Positions 49,181 through 58,707 of a DNA stretch of 64,000 bases are shown one piece after another (position 1 is the stretch's first letter; each line of letters begins with the position of its first letter). A program made the translations under genes and the position numbers. The notes below the pieces were generated by a model, which ran no database searches, had not been told where the DNA came from, and was given only the letters and a program-made list of their open reading frames with translations. This stretch comes from Vulcanimicrobiota bacterium (lineage in GTDB: Bacteria; Vulcanimicrobiota; Vulcanimicrobiia; Vulcanimicrobiales; Vulcanimicrobiaceae). The stretch is taken from the NCBI GenBank assembly GCA_963777315.1, contig CAVZQC010000002.1, positions 192,001 to 256,000 on the forward strand, given 5' to 3'.

Positions 49181-50643
49181 CGACGGGCCGCCTGCCGTTG
49201 CGCGAGCGCTTGGCGCGCTTGCGCCAGATCGTCGAACGGCAGAACCTCGCCGCTCACGATTTGATAGTTTTCGTGACCCTTGCCCGCGATCAGCACGACG
49301 TCGCCCTCCCGGGCCGCGTCGATCGCCGCTTCGATTGCCTCGCGGCGATCGACGCGCACCGCGTGCGGCGCGTTACCTATTCCGGGAAGAATCTGATCGA
49401 TGATGCTCTGCGGATCTTCGCCGCGAGGATTGTCCGACGTCACGTAACTGAAGTCCGCATAGCGCGCCGCAGCGGAACCCATCTGCGGGCGTTTGCCCGA
49501 ATCACGATCTCCGCCGCAGCCGAATACGGCAATCAGCCGGCGCGCCGCCGTTTCGCGAAGCGTGCGCAGCGCGTTTTCGAGCGCATCGGGCGTGTGCGCG
49601 TAATCGACGACCACGTCGATGCCGTCTGCACGCACGTGTTCCATTCTTCCGGGGATGCGCTCCAGGTCCGCAAGTCCTTCAGCGGCGAGTTCGTCGCTCA
49701 CCCCGAGCGTTTTTGCCGCGCCGATCGCGCACAGCGCATTGGCGACGTTGAACCTGCCGGGGATCCGAACTTCGAAGCGGCGTCCTTGCAAGTAAAAGAT
49801 GCTTGCGTCCGGCCGCAGGTCGATGCTTTCCGGCCGCAGGTCGGCCTGCGCTCGCAGCGCGTACGTCGTGACTGGCTTGTGCGCGCGCAACTGCAGCGCC
49901 CATCGGTTGCCCAACTCGTCGTCGGCGTTGAACACGCAGCACTGCGCGAGATCGAACAGTTTACGCTTTGCCGACGCATACGATTCAAAACGCTTGTGGA
50001 AATCCAAATGGTCGCGCGTCACGTTCGTGAGCGCGCCCACGCGTATGCGCACGTCGGAAACCCGCTGCAGCGCAAGCGCGTGCGAGCTCACCTCCATTGC
50101 CGCGGCCCGGGCGCCGGAATCACGCATTTGCGCGAGCAGATCCTGCAGCTGCGGGGCAGGCGGCGTCGTATTCTCGAGCGGCCAGGTTTGCCGGTCGAAG
50201 GCGGCGCCGATCGTGCCGATGAGTCCGCACGGCATGCCCGCCGCGTTCAGGATTGCCGCAATCATGTGCGTTGCCGTCGTTTTGCCGTTCGTTCCCGTAA
50301 CGCCGGCAACGGCGATGTCGTCGGAGGGCCTGCCGTAGAACGCGGCGGCGAGTTGCGAAAGCGCGCGCGCGGAATCGCGCACGACGATCGACGTTACCGC
50401 CGGCGGCACTTCGCACGGCTCTTCGGTCACCACCGCAGTTGCACCGCGCTCGACGGCCTGCGCGACGAACCGGTGGCCGTCGGTCTGCAGGCCGCGCAAT
50501 GCGACGAACATGCTTCCTCGTCCGGCCCGGCGCGAATCCGCGACGACGGCGTGAACCATGCTGCTCGCCGGACCATCCACGCTCAGAACGTCGTCGAGCG
50601 CCTGCAGCAGCAACTCCAATGCGACGCTTCGCCGGCCTTCCAT
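49177..50643 (-). CDS. murE: UDP-MurNAc-dipeptide--meso-DAP ligase
   Basis: TGTNGKTT, MEVSSH, DHLDFH, DYAHTPD, GCGGDRD, DNPR (DAP-type), AGKGHE. Confidence 0.97.
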   Translation of the reverse strand: MEGRRSVALELLLQALDDVLSVDGPASSMVHAVVADSRRAGRGSMFVALRGLQTDGHRFVAQAVERGATAVVTEEPCEVPPAVTSIVVRDSARALSQLAAAFYGRPSDDIAVAGVTGTNGKTTATHMIAAILNAAGMPCGLIGTIGAAFDRQTWPLENTTPPAPQLQDLLAQMRDSGARAAAMEVSSHALALQRVSDVRIRVGALTNVTRDHLDFHKRFESYASAKRKLFDLAQCCVFNADDELGNRWALQLRAHKPVTTYALRAQADLRPESIDLRPDASIFYLQGRRFEVRIPGRFNVANALCAIGAAKTLGVSDELAAEGLADLERIPGRMEHVRADGIDVVVDYAHTPDALENALRTLRETAARRLIAVFGCGGDRDSGKRPQMGSAAARYADFSYVTSDNPRGEDPQSIIDQILPGIGNAPHAVRVDRREAIEAAIDAAREGDVVLIAGKGHENYQIVSGEVLPFDDLAQARQALAQRQAARR

Positions 50644-50647
50644 ATCG

Positions 50648-52414
50648 TCAACGAATATTCGCCGCGGGCACCGCTTTTGCCGCCCGGCCGGCTGCGACGG
50701 TGCTCGGCAACACGCCCGCGTGCAGCATTGCCGCTTTGGCGATTTGAACGAAAGCCGGCGCAGCGACTATCGACCCGTAAATGGCTCCCTGCGGCTGCTC
50801 GACTTTGACGTAGATGACGTAGCGCGGATGTTCGTACGGGACCATGCCGATGAAGGACGCTACGTACGACCCCGGATCGTATTGGCCGTTCACGACCATT
50901 TGCGCGGTCCCGGTCTTTCCGGCGGTCGCGTAGCCCGGAATCTGCGCGGACGGATTGCCGGTGCCGCGCACCACCACTGCGCGCAAAAAACTGCGCAGCA
51001 CGGCTGCGGTATGCCGCGAGAAGACGCGGCGCTCGATCTGCGGCGGATATGTATAGATTGGACGACCGCTTGCGTCGAGGATGGACCGAACGATCTGCGG
51101 GCGCATGACGAGTCCGCCATTGGCAATGGCGCAGTAGTAGCGAGCCATCTCGATCGGCGTTACCGAAACCCCTTGCCCGAACGCCATCGTGGCCAGCGAG
51201 CTTCCGCTCCACTCTGCCGGAGGCGGAACGATTCCGGGGCTTTCACCTGCCAGGCCGATTTGCGTAGCCTCCCCGAATCCGGCGCGCCGCTCCATGGCGT
51301 AGAACGTGCGGCCTCCGACGAACCGCCCGACGTTGGCGATGCCGACGTTGAGCGAATCGGCAATAATCGTTTCCAGCGTATCGCCGGCGGGATTGGGCGT
51401 CAGACCGTCGACCGCGTTGTAAATTCGCCGGCCTCCCACTTCGAGCGGGCCGACCGCATCGAAGCGCCGCGTAAGCGAAACTTTTCCGCTGTCGATTGCC
51501 GCCGCTGCCGTAACCAATTTGAACGTGGACCCCGGTTCGTACGCATCCTGAACCGCGCGGTCGCGATAATCGTCGGCGGGGAATTTCCAGTACGCGTTCG
51601 GATCGAAGTGCGGCGCATTGGCCATCGCCAGCACTTCGCCGGTCGAGGGGTCCATGACGATCGCCGTTCCGCTGCGCGCGTGATACGTCTTGACCTGCTT
51701 TTCGAGCGCGGCTTCGGTAACGAATTGCAAATAGGAATCCAGCGTGAGCTGCAGCGATAGTCCGGGCTTTGCCGGTTTGACGACGCGCTCGTGGCCGAAC
51801 GGAATGGGCATTCCGAATTCATCGGCTTCGATCGTGACGCGCCCAGACGATCCTTTCAGGAGATCGTCGAACGTATATTCCAGACCGCTCAGGCCGTTCT
51901 CGTCGATGCCGACGAAGCCCAAAATCGTCGAAGCGCTGCGGCCCGCGAGGTCGACGCGCCTGCCCGTGTCTTCCTCCATCAGCGCTATGCCGGGCAAATT
52001 CAGCGCCTGCACCTTGTCGGCTTGGTCGTGCGGAATCTTGCGCGCGATCCAAACGAACTGCAGATGGCGATCGTGCAGCAGGCTCGCCGTCGCCGTGTCG
52101 ATCTTGCCGACGATACGATCGAGCTGCGCAATAGCGCTATCGGGGTTGGTCAAGTCGTGCGGTACGGCATAGACGCTTTCGGACGGAAGCGAACGAACCA
52201 GCACGGTGCCGTAGCGGTCCAGGATGCTGCCGCGGCGAGCAAAAACTTCAATCGTATCGCTGCGCTGCGCGAGCGCCTCTTTTGCGTAGACCGGCCCTTT
52301 GACCAGCTGCACGTACGAAAGCCGCCACGACAGGAACGCGGCGATCGCGAACAGTCCGTAAAAGAAAGCTTTGGCGCGGCGGGGGCCGACGCGCGCGAAC
52401 GTGCGCTTGTGCAA
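50648..52414 (-). CDS. ftsI: Class B penicillin-binding protein (FtsI/PBP3-like)
   Basis: N-terminal TM, RGSILDR, EPGSTFK (SxxK), SLN (SxN), KTGTAQ; TTG start inferred. Confidence 0.92.
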   Translation of the reverse strand: MHKRTFARVGPRRAKAFFYGLFAIAAFLSWRLSYVQLVKGPVYAKEALAQRSDTIEVFARRGSILDRYGTVLVRSLPSESVYAVPHDLTNPDSAIAQLDRIVGKIDTATASLLHDRHLQFVWIARKIPHDQADKVQALNLPGIALMEEDTGRRVDLAGRSASTILGFVGIDENGLSGLEYTFDDLLKGSSGRVTIEADEFGMPIPFGHERVVKPAKPGLSLQLTLDSYLQFVTEAALEKQVKTYHARSGTAIVMDPSTGEVLAMANAPHFDPNAYWKFPADDYRDRAVQDAYEPGSTFKLVTAAAAIDSGKVSLTRRFDAVGPLEVGGRRIYNAVDGLTPNPAGDTLETIIADSLNVGIANVGRFVGGRTFYAMERRAGFGEATQIGLAGESPGIVPPPAEWSGSSLATMAFGQGVSVTPIEMARYYCAIANGGLVMRPQIVRSILDASGRPIYTYPPQIERRVFSRHTAAVLRSFLRAVVVRGTGNPSAQIPGYATAGKTGTAQMVVNGQYDPGSYVASFIGMVPYEHPRYVIYVKVEQPQGAIYGSIVAAPAFVQIAKAAMLHAGVLPSTVAAGRAAKAVPAANIR

Positions 52415-52419
52415 GGGCC

Positions 52420-52854
52420 TTACTTCGCGCCGAACAGAGTCGCGAGATTCGAGAGAAACGCCAAATGGGAGCGATCGGGCGCGCGCACCGTCGCCGGAAG
52501 CGTGACGACCGCAAACTGCTGCGGATCCTGCATGTGCAAGCGCGCCGCTACGGTCGCCAGACGATCGTCCGAGCGCAGCGCCGCGAGCCGGTTGTCCAGG
52601 ACCGCGCTTTCGGCGGCAAGCGTGGCGCGTTCGTGCTGCGCCTTTGCGACGGCATAATTCAAGCTGGTCAGGCGCGCCATCAGCATGACGTAGACCATGA
52701 CCAAACAAAGCGATATCGCGAGCACCGCGCAAAAGCGCGACAGGCCCGCGTATCGCGCGCGCTCTTTGCGCGTGATGCGGCGCAGCGTTGCGGATTTTGC
52801 CGTGCGCACGTTGGAGGGACGCGGCTTGGTACGTTCCTTGGGTTGGGCGATCAT
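52420..52854 (-). CDS. ftsL: Cell division protein FtsL-like
   Basis: Basic N-terminus, single TM, coiled coil (L..E...L...LA.L.S.DRL...A..L.M); position between rsmH and ftsI. Confidence 0.7.
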   Translation of the reverse strand: MIAQPKERTKPRPSNVRTAKSATLRRITRKERARYAGLSRFCAVLAISLCLVMVYVMLMARLTSLNYAVAKAQHERATLAAESAVLDNRLAALRSDDRLATVAARLHMQDPQQFAVVTLPATVRAPDRSHLAFLSNLATLFGAK

Positions 52855-53730
52855 TCAGCTTGCCTTACGCTGGGCGGCGCGCAGTTTCGCGCTGCGGGCC
52901 CGTGGATTGCTTGCGCTTTCGGCTTCGCCCGGCACGATCGGTTTGCGGGTGAGCACCTCCAAGCGTTCGTCGTCGCGAAACGCATGTTTGACGATTCTGT
53001 CTTCAAGCGAGTGAAAGCTGATTGCCACGATGCGTCCCGCCGTGCGCAAACGGCCGGCCGCCGTGTCGACGCTTTCGCGCAGCGCGTCCAATTCGTCGTT
53101 GACCGCTATGCGCAGCGCTTGAAAGACCCGGGTGGCGGGATGAATGCGTTCGCGCCGGCCGGGGCGATGCAAAAGCCCGCTGATCATTTGCGCGAATTCC
53201 ACGGTCGTATCCGGCAACGTCCCTTGGCTGCGGCGGTGCACGATCGCGCGCGCTATCTTTCTCGCGCCGCGTTCCTGTCCATACTGAAAGAAGATGTCGG
53301 CGAGTTCGCCTTCGCTCGCGTTCATCAGCACGTCGTAGGCGCTGCGTCCGCAGCTCGGGTTCATGCGCATGTCCAGCGGTGCGGATTGGCGGAACGAAAA
53401 GCCCCGCGAAGCGTCATCAAGTTGCATCGACGAAACTCCCAAGTCGTAAAGCACGCCGTCGACCGAATCGATGCCAAGCCGGTCCAGCGCCGCCGACAGC
53501 TGCCGGAAGTTGGAAGGCACGAAGGTGAATGCGGACTCGCAAACGGCGAGCGCCCGCGCCTGCGCCTGCGGATCGGCATCGAGCGCAATGAGCCGGCCGC
53601 CCCGTAAGCGCTCCAAGATTCCCCGGCTGTGGCCGCCCGCACCGAAGGTCGCATCGACGTAGACCCCATCCGGCCGGATCGCCAAGCAGCTCAAAGCCGC
53701 TTCGTACAGGACCGGGACATGCTGCTCCAT
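52855..53730 (-). CDS. rsmH: 16S rRNA m4C1402 methyltransferase
   Basis: HVPVL, DATFGAGGHS, DLGVSSMQLD, PLDMRM, SFHSLEDRIVK, NPRARSAKLR. Confidence 0.98.
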   Translation of the reverse strand: MEQHVPVLYEAALSCLAIRPDGVYVDATFGAGGHSRGILERLRGGRLIALDADPQAQARALAVCESAFTFVPSNFRQLSAALDRLGIDSVDGVLYDLGVSSMQLDDASRGFSFRQSAPLDMRMNPSCGRSAYDVLMNASEGELADIFFQYGQERGARKIARAIVHRRSQGTLPDTTVEFAQMISGLLHRPGRRERIHPATRVFQALRIAVNDELDALRESVDTAAGRLRTAGRIVAISFHSLEDRIVKHAFRDDERLEVLTRKPIVPGEAESASNPRARSAKLRAAQRKAS

Positions 53731-53745
53731 CCGTCCACCCCGGCA

Positions 53746-54189
53746 TCAGTAGAGTCCCAAATCCGCCATAAAGTCGGCCATCTCGCCCTCCGGCGCCGCG
53801 TGCTCGGCGTACCGTTCCTTGGCCCATACCTCGACGCGGCTTAAGGTGCCCACCGAAACCACGTCGCGTTCGATCCCGGCGTAGGTCCGCAGCGCGCCCG
53901 GCACGAGCAGGCGGCCTTGGGCGTCGCACGCCACGTCTTCGGTGCGCGCGAAGAGGTGACGCACGAACCGCCGGAACGCGACGTCCTTCACGGGCGCCGT
54001 TTCCAAGCGGGCGCAAAACTCGCCCCAGGTCGCCTGGGGGTAGAGCGCCAAGCACGGCTCGGGCGGCGCGATCGTTAAGATGAAGCCATTGCCGAGCCGC
54101 TCGCGGAACCGCGCAGGTACGATGAGGCGGCCCTTATCGTCAAGAGCATGCTCCACCGAACCGGAAAAGCGCGGTAGGTCCGCGTGCAA
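53746..54189 (-). CDS. mraZ: Transcriptional regulator MraZ
   Basis: LDDKGRLIVPARFR, DAQGRLLVP, RVEVW; first gene of the dcw cluster; GGAGG RBS. Confidence 0.96.
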   Translation of the reverse strand: MHADLPRFSGSVEHALDDKGRLIVPARFRERLGNGFILTIAPPEPCLALYPQATWGEFCARLETAPVKDVAFRRFVRHLFARTEDVACDAQGRLLVPGALRTYAGIERDVVSVGTLSRVEVWAKERYAEHAAPEGEMADFMADLGLY

Positions 54190-54205
54190 ACTCGCCTCCC
54201 CTGGT

Positions 54206-54258
54206 CACCACTACGCACCACTTTGCACCACTATACGCCCCCGCACAGGCGGTGGCAA
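54206..54258 (-). promoter_or_regulatory. dcw promoter with MraZ operator
   Basis: Minus strand TTGCCA-17nt-TATAGT (54258-54230) followed by three AGTGGTG direct repeats at 10-bp spacing (54206-54232), matching GTGG-type MraZ boxes. Confidence 0.85.
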
Positions 54259-54325
54259 GGTGTGGCCGGGTGGACGACTCCATAAGAAAGGTGAGTTAGA
54301 TTCCAATTGGCGCGCGAGGGTCCAA

Positions 54326-54425
54326 TGACGCGATTAGTGCGACCTAATCGCGTCAGTGTGTGGCGCGATTATTGGCAAGACGCGATCGTTCCGGTATAAT
54401 TGCGTCAAAATATGACGCGATTATA
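54326..54425 (+). promoter_or_regulatory. Fic gene promoter (TTGGCA-17-TATAAT) embedded in TGACGCGATTA motif repeats
   Basis: -35 at 54372-54377, -10 at 54395-54400; perfect 12-bp inverted repeat 54326-54355; second inverted pair 54395-54425. Confidence 0.7.
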
Positions 54426-55500
54426 CATATGGGAACAGGCAGACTGGCCGACTTTTTCGTATGACGCTGCCCGCTTGCTAACTGCCGTGGGAAACGCCCG
54501 AAGGGCGCAAGGGCGCCTCGCTGAGGCAATGGCGCGAGTCGGGTTCGCGGAGCGAGAAGAAGCCTTTCTTGAGACGCTCACAACAGACGCGGTTGAAACA
54601 AGCAAAATTGAGGGCGAGAACCTCGACTACGCCGCGGTACGCTCCTCGGTAGCGGCGCGTCTAGGAATGCCGCATGCCGCGATCGCCCCCACCGACGCAC
54701 GTACTGAAGGGATCGCCGTCATGGTGCTTGACGCAGTCGAGAATTACGATAAGCCGCTTACGGCGGAGCGGATTTTCAGTTGGCATGTCGAGCTGTTCCC
54801 CGGCAAACGCGAAGCCGTCATTGGCAATTGGCGCCCGGGCCCTGTCGGCGTTTACCGCTACGGCCGCGTGGACCAACCGCCAACTACCGAGTACATGGCC
54901 CCGCCTGCGGAGCGTGTCGCCACCGAAATGCAGCGCTTCTTTGATTGGTTCAACGCGCGAAGCGATACCGACGGCATCATGCGCAGTGCGCTTGCGCACC
55001 TATGGTTCGTAACGATCCATCCATTTGAGGACGGCAACGGTCGCATTGCGCGCGCTATAGCAGATATGGCATTGGCCCAAGACGAACACTCAGCTCGCCG
55101 CTTCTTCAGTATGTCTCGCCAAATCCGTGAGGAGCGCAAACACTACCACGCCATACTCAAAGAAACGCAGCACGGGCAGCTGGACGTTACGTCATGGCTT
55201 GAATGGTTCTTGCAGTGTTACGAAAGGGCGGTGCGGAGCGCTATGGACACGCTTGGGCGCGTGCTTGATGTGAATACATTTTGGGCCCGCCACGGTTCCG
55301 TAACGTTTACCGATCGCCAGCGTAAGGCGCTGACACATGTATTACACGGGTTCAAAGGCGCCATTACGACAAAGAATTGGCAACGCCTGGCGCAAACCTC
55401 ACGCGAAAGCGCCACACGCGACTTAAGCGATCTCGTGCAAAAAGGCGTGCTGCGCTCCGAAGGTGCTGGAAGGTCGACCCGTTATCAATTGCTTGAGTGA
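54412..55500 (+). CDS. Fic family protein (DUF4172 + Fic + C-terminal wHTH)
   Basis: YIWEQADWPTFSYD, TSKIEGE, canonical HPFEDGNGRIARA, SRESATRDLSDLV..GAGRSTRY. Confidence 0.93.
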   Translation: MTRLYIWEQADWPTFSYDAARLLTAVGNARRAQGRLAEAMARVGFAEREEAFLETLTTDAVETSKIEGENLDYAAVRSSVAARLGMPHAAIAPTDARTEGIAVMVLDAVENYDKPLTAERIFSWHVELFPGKREAVIGNWRPGPVGVYRYGRVDQPPTTEYMAPPAERVATEMQRFFDWFNARSDTDGIMRSALAHLWFVTIHPFEDGNGRIARAIADMALAQDEHSARRFFSMSRQIREERKHYHAILKETQHGQLDVTSWLEWFLQCYERAVRSAMDTLGRVLDVNTFWARHGSVTFTDRQRKALTHVLHGFKGAITTKNWQRLAQTSRESATRDLSDLVQKGVLRSEGAGRSTRYQLLE

Positions 55501-55644
55501 GTCCCGACCCGGCCTATTCATCGCGCAGTCAAGCGCCCCGGATAGACTTTAGTCCGTAGTTAAACTGCACCGCGCAATATACGGCCTGACCGCCGGATAA
55601 GGAGGCGCTGAATCAGCATCCGAGACAGGTTTTCCAAGCCGGCG

Positions 55645-56130
55645 GTGTCACTGCGTCGCGCGGTGGCTTGCGAGGCTGCTGCCTTATCGGACTTGGCGTT
55701 CCGATCGAAGGCCCGCTGGGGCTACGACGAGAGGTTCATGAATCAGGTGAAAGACGCTCTATCGGTGTCTCCGCAATACCTCGAGCAGGATCCGGTATAC
55801 GTTCTACTGCGCGGTGGAATGATTGTCGGCTTTTTTGGGTTCCTGTCGCAGCCCAGCGAAACGCTTCTCAACGATTTCTGGCTCGAGCCGGAAGTCATTG
55901 GAACTGGTGTCGGGCGCGTAATGTGGGAACACGCCGTCCGGCACGCGCGCGCCAATGGTTGTCGCGCCTTTGCTATCCACAGTGATCCAAACGCTGAAGG
56001 GTTCTACCTTCATATGGGAGCGCGCCGTATCGGTACGAGAATTGCACTAGAAACAGGACGCGAATTGCCGTTGCTAGAGTACGACGTACTTCCGGAGCGG
56101 CACGAGTCCACGTCGCAAACGATAGTCTAG
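55645..56130 (+). CDS. GNAT family N-acetyltransferase
   Basis: LAFRSKARWGY, LEPEVIGTGVGR, SDPNAEGFYLHMGA. Confidence 0.9.
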   Translation: MSLRRAVACEAAALSDLAFRSKARWGYDERFMNQVKDALSVSPQYLEQDPVYVLLRGGMIVGFFGFLSQPSETLLNDFWLEPEVIGTGVGRVMWEHAVRHARANGCRAFAIHSDPNAEGFYLHMGARRIGTRIALETGRELPLLEYDVLPERHESTSQTIV

Positions 56131-58310
56131 ATTCTGCGGCGCAGCAGCAGCGAATTGCCTACCACGAACAGGCTGGACATGCCCATCGCCGCCGCTGCAA
56201 ATATCGGATGCACGATTCCGAGAGCTGCGAGCGGAATGAGAACGACGTTGTAGGCGAACGCCCAAAACAGGTTCATGCGGATCGTTCGCATCGTCGCGCG
56301 TGAGAGCAGAATCGCCGACGCAACCGCGGCCGGATCGTTGGACACGATCGCCGCCTTCGCGGTCTCCATCGCGACGTCGGTTCCGCCGCCCATCGCGATA
56401 CCGACGTCGGCCGTAGCCAGCGCCGGCGCGTCGTTGATGCCGTCGCCGACGAAGGCCACTTGGCGTCCGGTGCTTTGCAATTCGCGCACGAAATGCGCCT
56501 TGTCTTCGGGCAACATCTGCGCCGTCGCGTTGGCGAGCGGAATGCCTATGCGTTCGGCCAGCATGCGTACAGGCGACTGCGCATCGCCGCTGACTACGTA
56601 CGATTCCACACCGAGACTTGCAAGAGCGGCGATTCCCTCCGCGGCACCGGCGCGAGCGGCGTCGTGCACCGCGATTACACCAATTAACTCACCGCCGTGG
56701 GCGACGAAAATCGCCGTCGAATCGGACGAGTCGCGCAGGGCCGGAGGAACCGAAACGCCTGCGTCCGCCACGAAGTCCGCGTTTCCGGCGACGGCGGGCT
56801 TGCCGAGCACCGTTCCCGTAAGACCTTTGCCGCGCACCGCGTTCACGTCCGTAGCCGCAATGGCCGCAAGCGGCTGCGCGGCGCGCACGACCGCGCCCGC
56901 TAACGGATGCGACGAGTTACGTTCCAGAGCGGCGGCGATTGCCAGCACGGCGTTTTCGTCGACGCGCTGCGTGCATCCGGTCACGCGCGCAACTTGCGGA
57001 TGGCCCTGCGTGAGCGTTCCGGTTTTGTCGAAGACCACTGCGCCGACCGAGCGCAGTTTTTCCAGAGCCTCTGCATCCTTGAACAGCATTCCGTGTTTTG
57101 CGCCCAGTCCGACGCCGACGATCACGGCCATCGGCGTAGCCAAGCCGAGCGCGCACGGACATGCAACCACCAGCACGGCAACTGCAACGGGCAGCGCTAC
57201 CGACCACGCGTGGCCGCTCAGCAACCACGCCGCAAACGTCACAGCGGTAATCGCGAGGATGACCGGCACGAAGACCCCGGCGACGCGATCGGCCAAGCGC
57301 TGAACGGGCGGCGTCGAACCTTGCGCGTGCCGAACGATTTCGATGATGTGCGCGAGCGTCGTGTTCGCACCCACGGCGCTTGCTCTCACGACCACTGCGC
57401 CGTCACCATTGATCGTTCCGGTGCGCACCGCCATCCCGGGCTCGACTTCTTGCGGCAACGATTCTCCGGTCAGCGCTGAAACGTTGACGGCGCTGCGGCC
57501 CTGTAACACGATGCCGTCGACGGGCAGGCGTTCGCCCGGAGGAACCAGCACTTCGTCACCGACTTCAACGGCGTCCGACGGCACTTCGCGCACCGCCCCG
57601 TCGCGATCGCGGATCCGCGCGATATCGGGGCGCAAGTGCAACAGCGCGCGAATCGCGCTGTTGCTTTTTCCTTTGGCCGCGGTCTCCAAGTACTTGCCCA
57701 AGAAGATGAGCGTAACGATTGCGCTTGCCGTTTCGTAGTATGCGGGCCGCATGGCGATCGTCGCATAGATCGAGTACGCCATGGCCGCGCTCGATCCGAG
57801 CGATACCAGCGTATCCATGTTGGCCGCCCCATGCATCGCTTTGACGATCGCGCCGCGATGAAAGCTCCATCCCACGATCGCCCAGACCGGAACGGTGAGC
57901 GCAAACATGACCCAGTCTTTATTCGCAAAGTCCGGCACCGCCATGCCGACGATCATCGCCGGCACGAACAACACGATGGCGAAGACCAACAGACGCCGTT
58001 TGCGCAGCAGCTCCGCGTCGCGCCGCTGCGCGTCGACGTCGTGGAAAGAATCACCGGCCGGCGCGGGAGCAGCGCCGTATCCGGCGTGCCGGACGGCGGC
58101 AATGAGATCCTGCGCGCTGATTGCAGCGGCATGATCGACGCGAGCGCGCTCCGTGGCCAGATTGACCTGCACGTCCGCAACGCCGGGGACTTCCGCCAGT
58201 GCGCGCGTCACGTGGGCGACGCACGACGCGCACGTCATCCCTTCCACGGCCAGTTCGGTCGTAGCGTCGGCTGGTTTGTTGGGCGCGGTATCTTGGGCTA
58301 AAGCCGGCAT
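56127..58310 (-). CDS. copA: Copper-translocating P1B-type ATPase
   Basis: GMTCASC metal-binding domain, TGES, CPCALGLATP, DKTGT, HP, GDGINDAP, YN and MxxSS (P1B-1 Cu+ signature). Confidence 0.94.
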   Translation of the reverse strand: MPALAQDTAPNKPADATTELAVEGMTCASCVAHVTRALAEVPGVADVQVNLATERARVDHAAAISAQDLIAAVRHAGYGAAPAPAGDSFHDVDAQRRDAELLRKRRLLVFAIVLFVPAMIVGMAVPDFANKDWVMFALTVPVWAIVGWSFHRGAIVKAMHGAANMDTLVSLGSSAAMAYSIYATIAMRPAYYETASAIVTLIFLGKYLETAAKGKSNSAIRALLHLRPDIARIRDRDGAVREVPSDAVEVGDEVLVPPGERLPVDGIVLQGRSAVNVSALTGESLPQEVEPGMAVRTGTINGDGAVVVRASAVGANTTLAHIIEIVRHAQGSTPPVQRLADRVAGVFVPVILAITAVTFAAWLLSGHAWSVALPVAVAVLVVACPCALGLATPMAVIVGVGLGAKHGMLFKDAEALEKLRSVGAVVFDKTGTLTQGHPQVARVTGCTQRVDENAVLAIAAALERNSSHPLAGAVVRAAQPLAAIAATDVNAVRGKGLTGTVLGKPAVAGNADFVADAGVSVPPALRDSSDSTAIFVAHGGELIGVIAVHDAARAGAAEGIAALASLGVESYVVSGDAQSPVRMLAERIGIPLANATAQMLPEDKAHFVRELQSTGRQVAFVGDGINDAPALATADVGIAMGGGTDVAMETAKAAIVSNDPAAVASAILLSRATMRTIRMNLFWAFAYNVVLIPLAALGIVHPIFAAAAMGMSSLFVVGNSLLLRRRI

Positions 58311-58379
58311 ATTCTGGTGCCGCCGTATCTTTTGATAACGGCGGGTACGCACCTCGCCGGCCGCGGCTTAACGGGCTGG

Positions 58380-58631
58380 CTAAGCGGGAGTCTTACGAAA
58401 GTACTCGGCGTTGAGCTCGGTGAAGTCGGACCATTTTTCCGGCAGATCGCTGTCGGCGAATATGGCTTCGACGGGGCAGGCCGACACGCAGGCTCCGCAG
58501 TCGATGCACACTTCGGGATCGATGTACAACTGCGGATCTTCGTCCTTGCCATGAATGCAATCCACCGGACACACGTCCACGCATGATTTGTCTTTGGTTC
58601 CCACGCAGGGTTCGGCGATAATGTAAGCCAT
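58380..58631 (-). CDS. Ferredoxin (7Fe FdxA type)
   Basis: MAYIIAEPCVGTKDKSCVDVCPVDCIH...IDPEVCIDCGACVSACPVEAI. Confidence 0.95.
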   Translation of the reverse strand: MAYIIAEPCVGTKDKSCVDVCPVDCIHGKDEDPQLYIDPEVCIDCGACVSACPVEAIFADSDLPEKWSDFTELNAEYFRKTPA

Positions 58632-58707
58632 AGCACCATTAGCGTAGCGCCGGAGCGCCGGCGCCCGGAACGACTGGGGTGGCCATAAAACTGCGACTTT
58701 TCCGTCA

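Noticed and set aside
55500..55644. Possible tRNA fragment, att site or riboswitch between Fic and GNAT
   Set aside because: Only short stems (ccgccgg/ccggcgg); no cloverleaf or recognisable aptamer.
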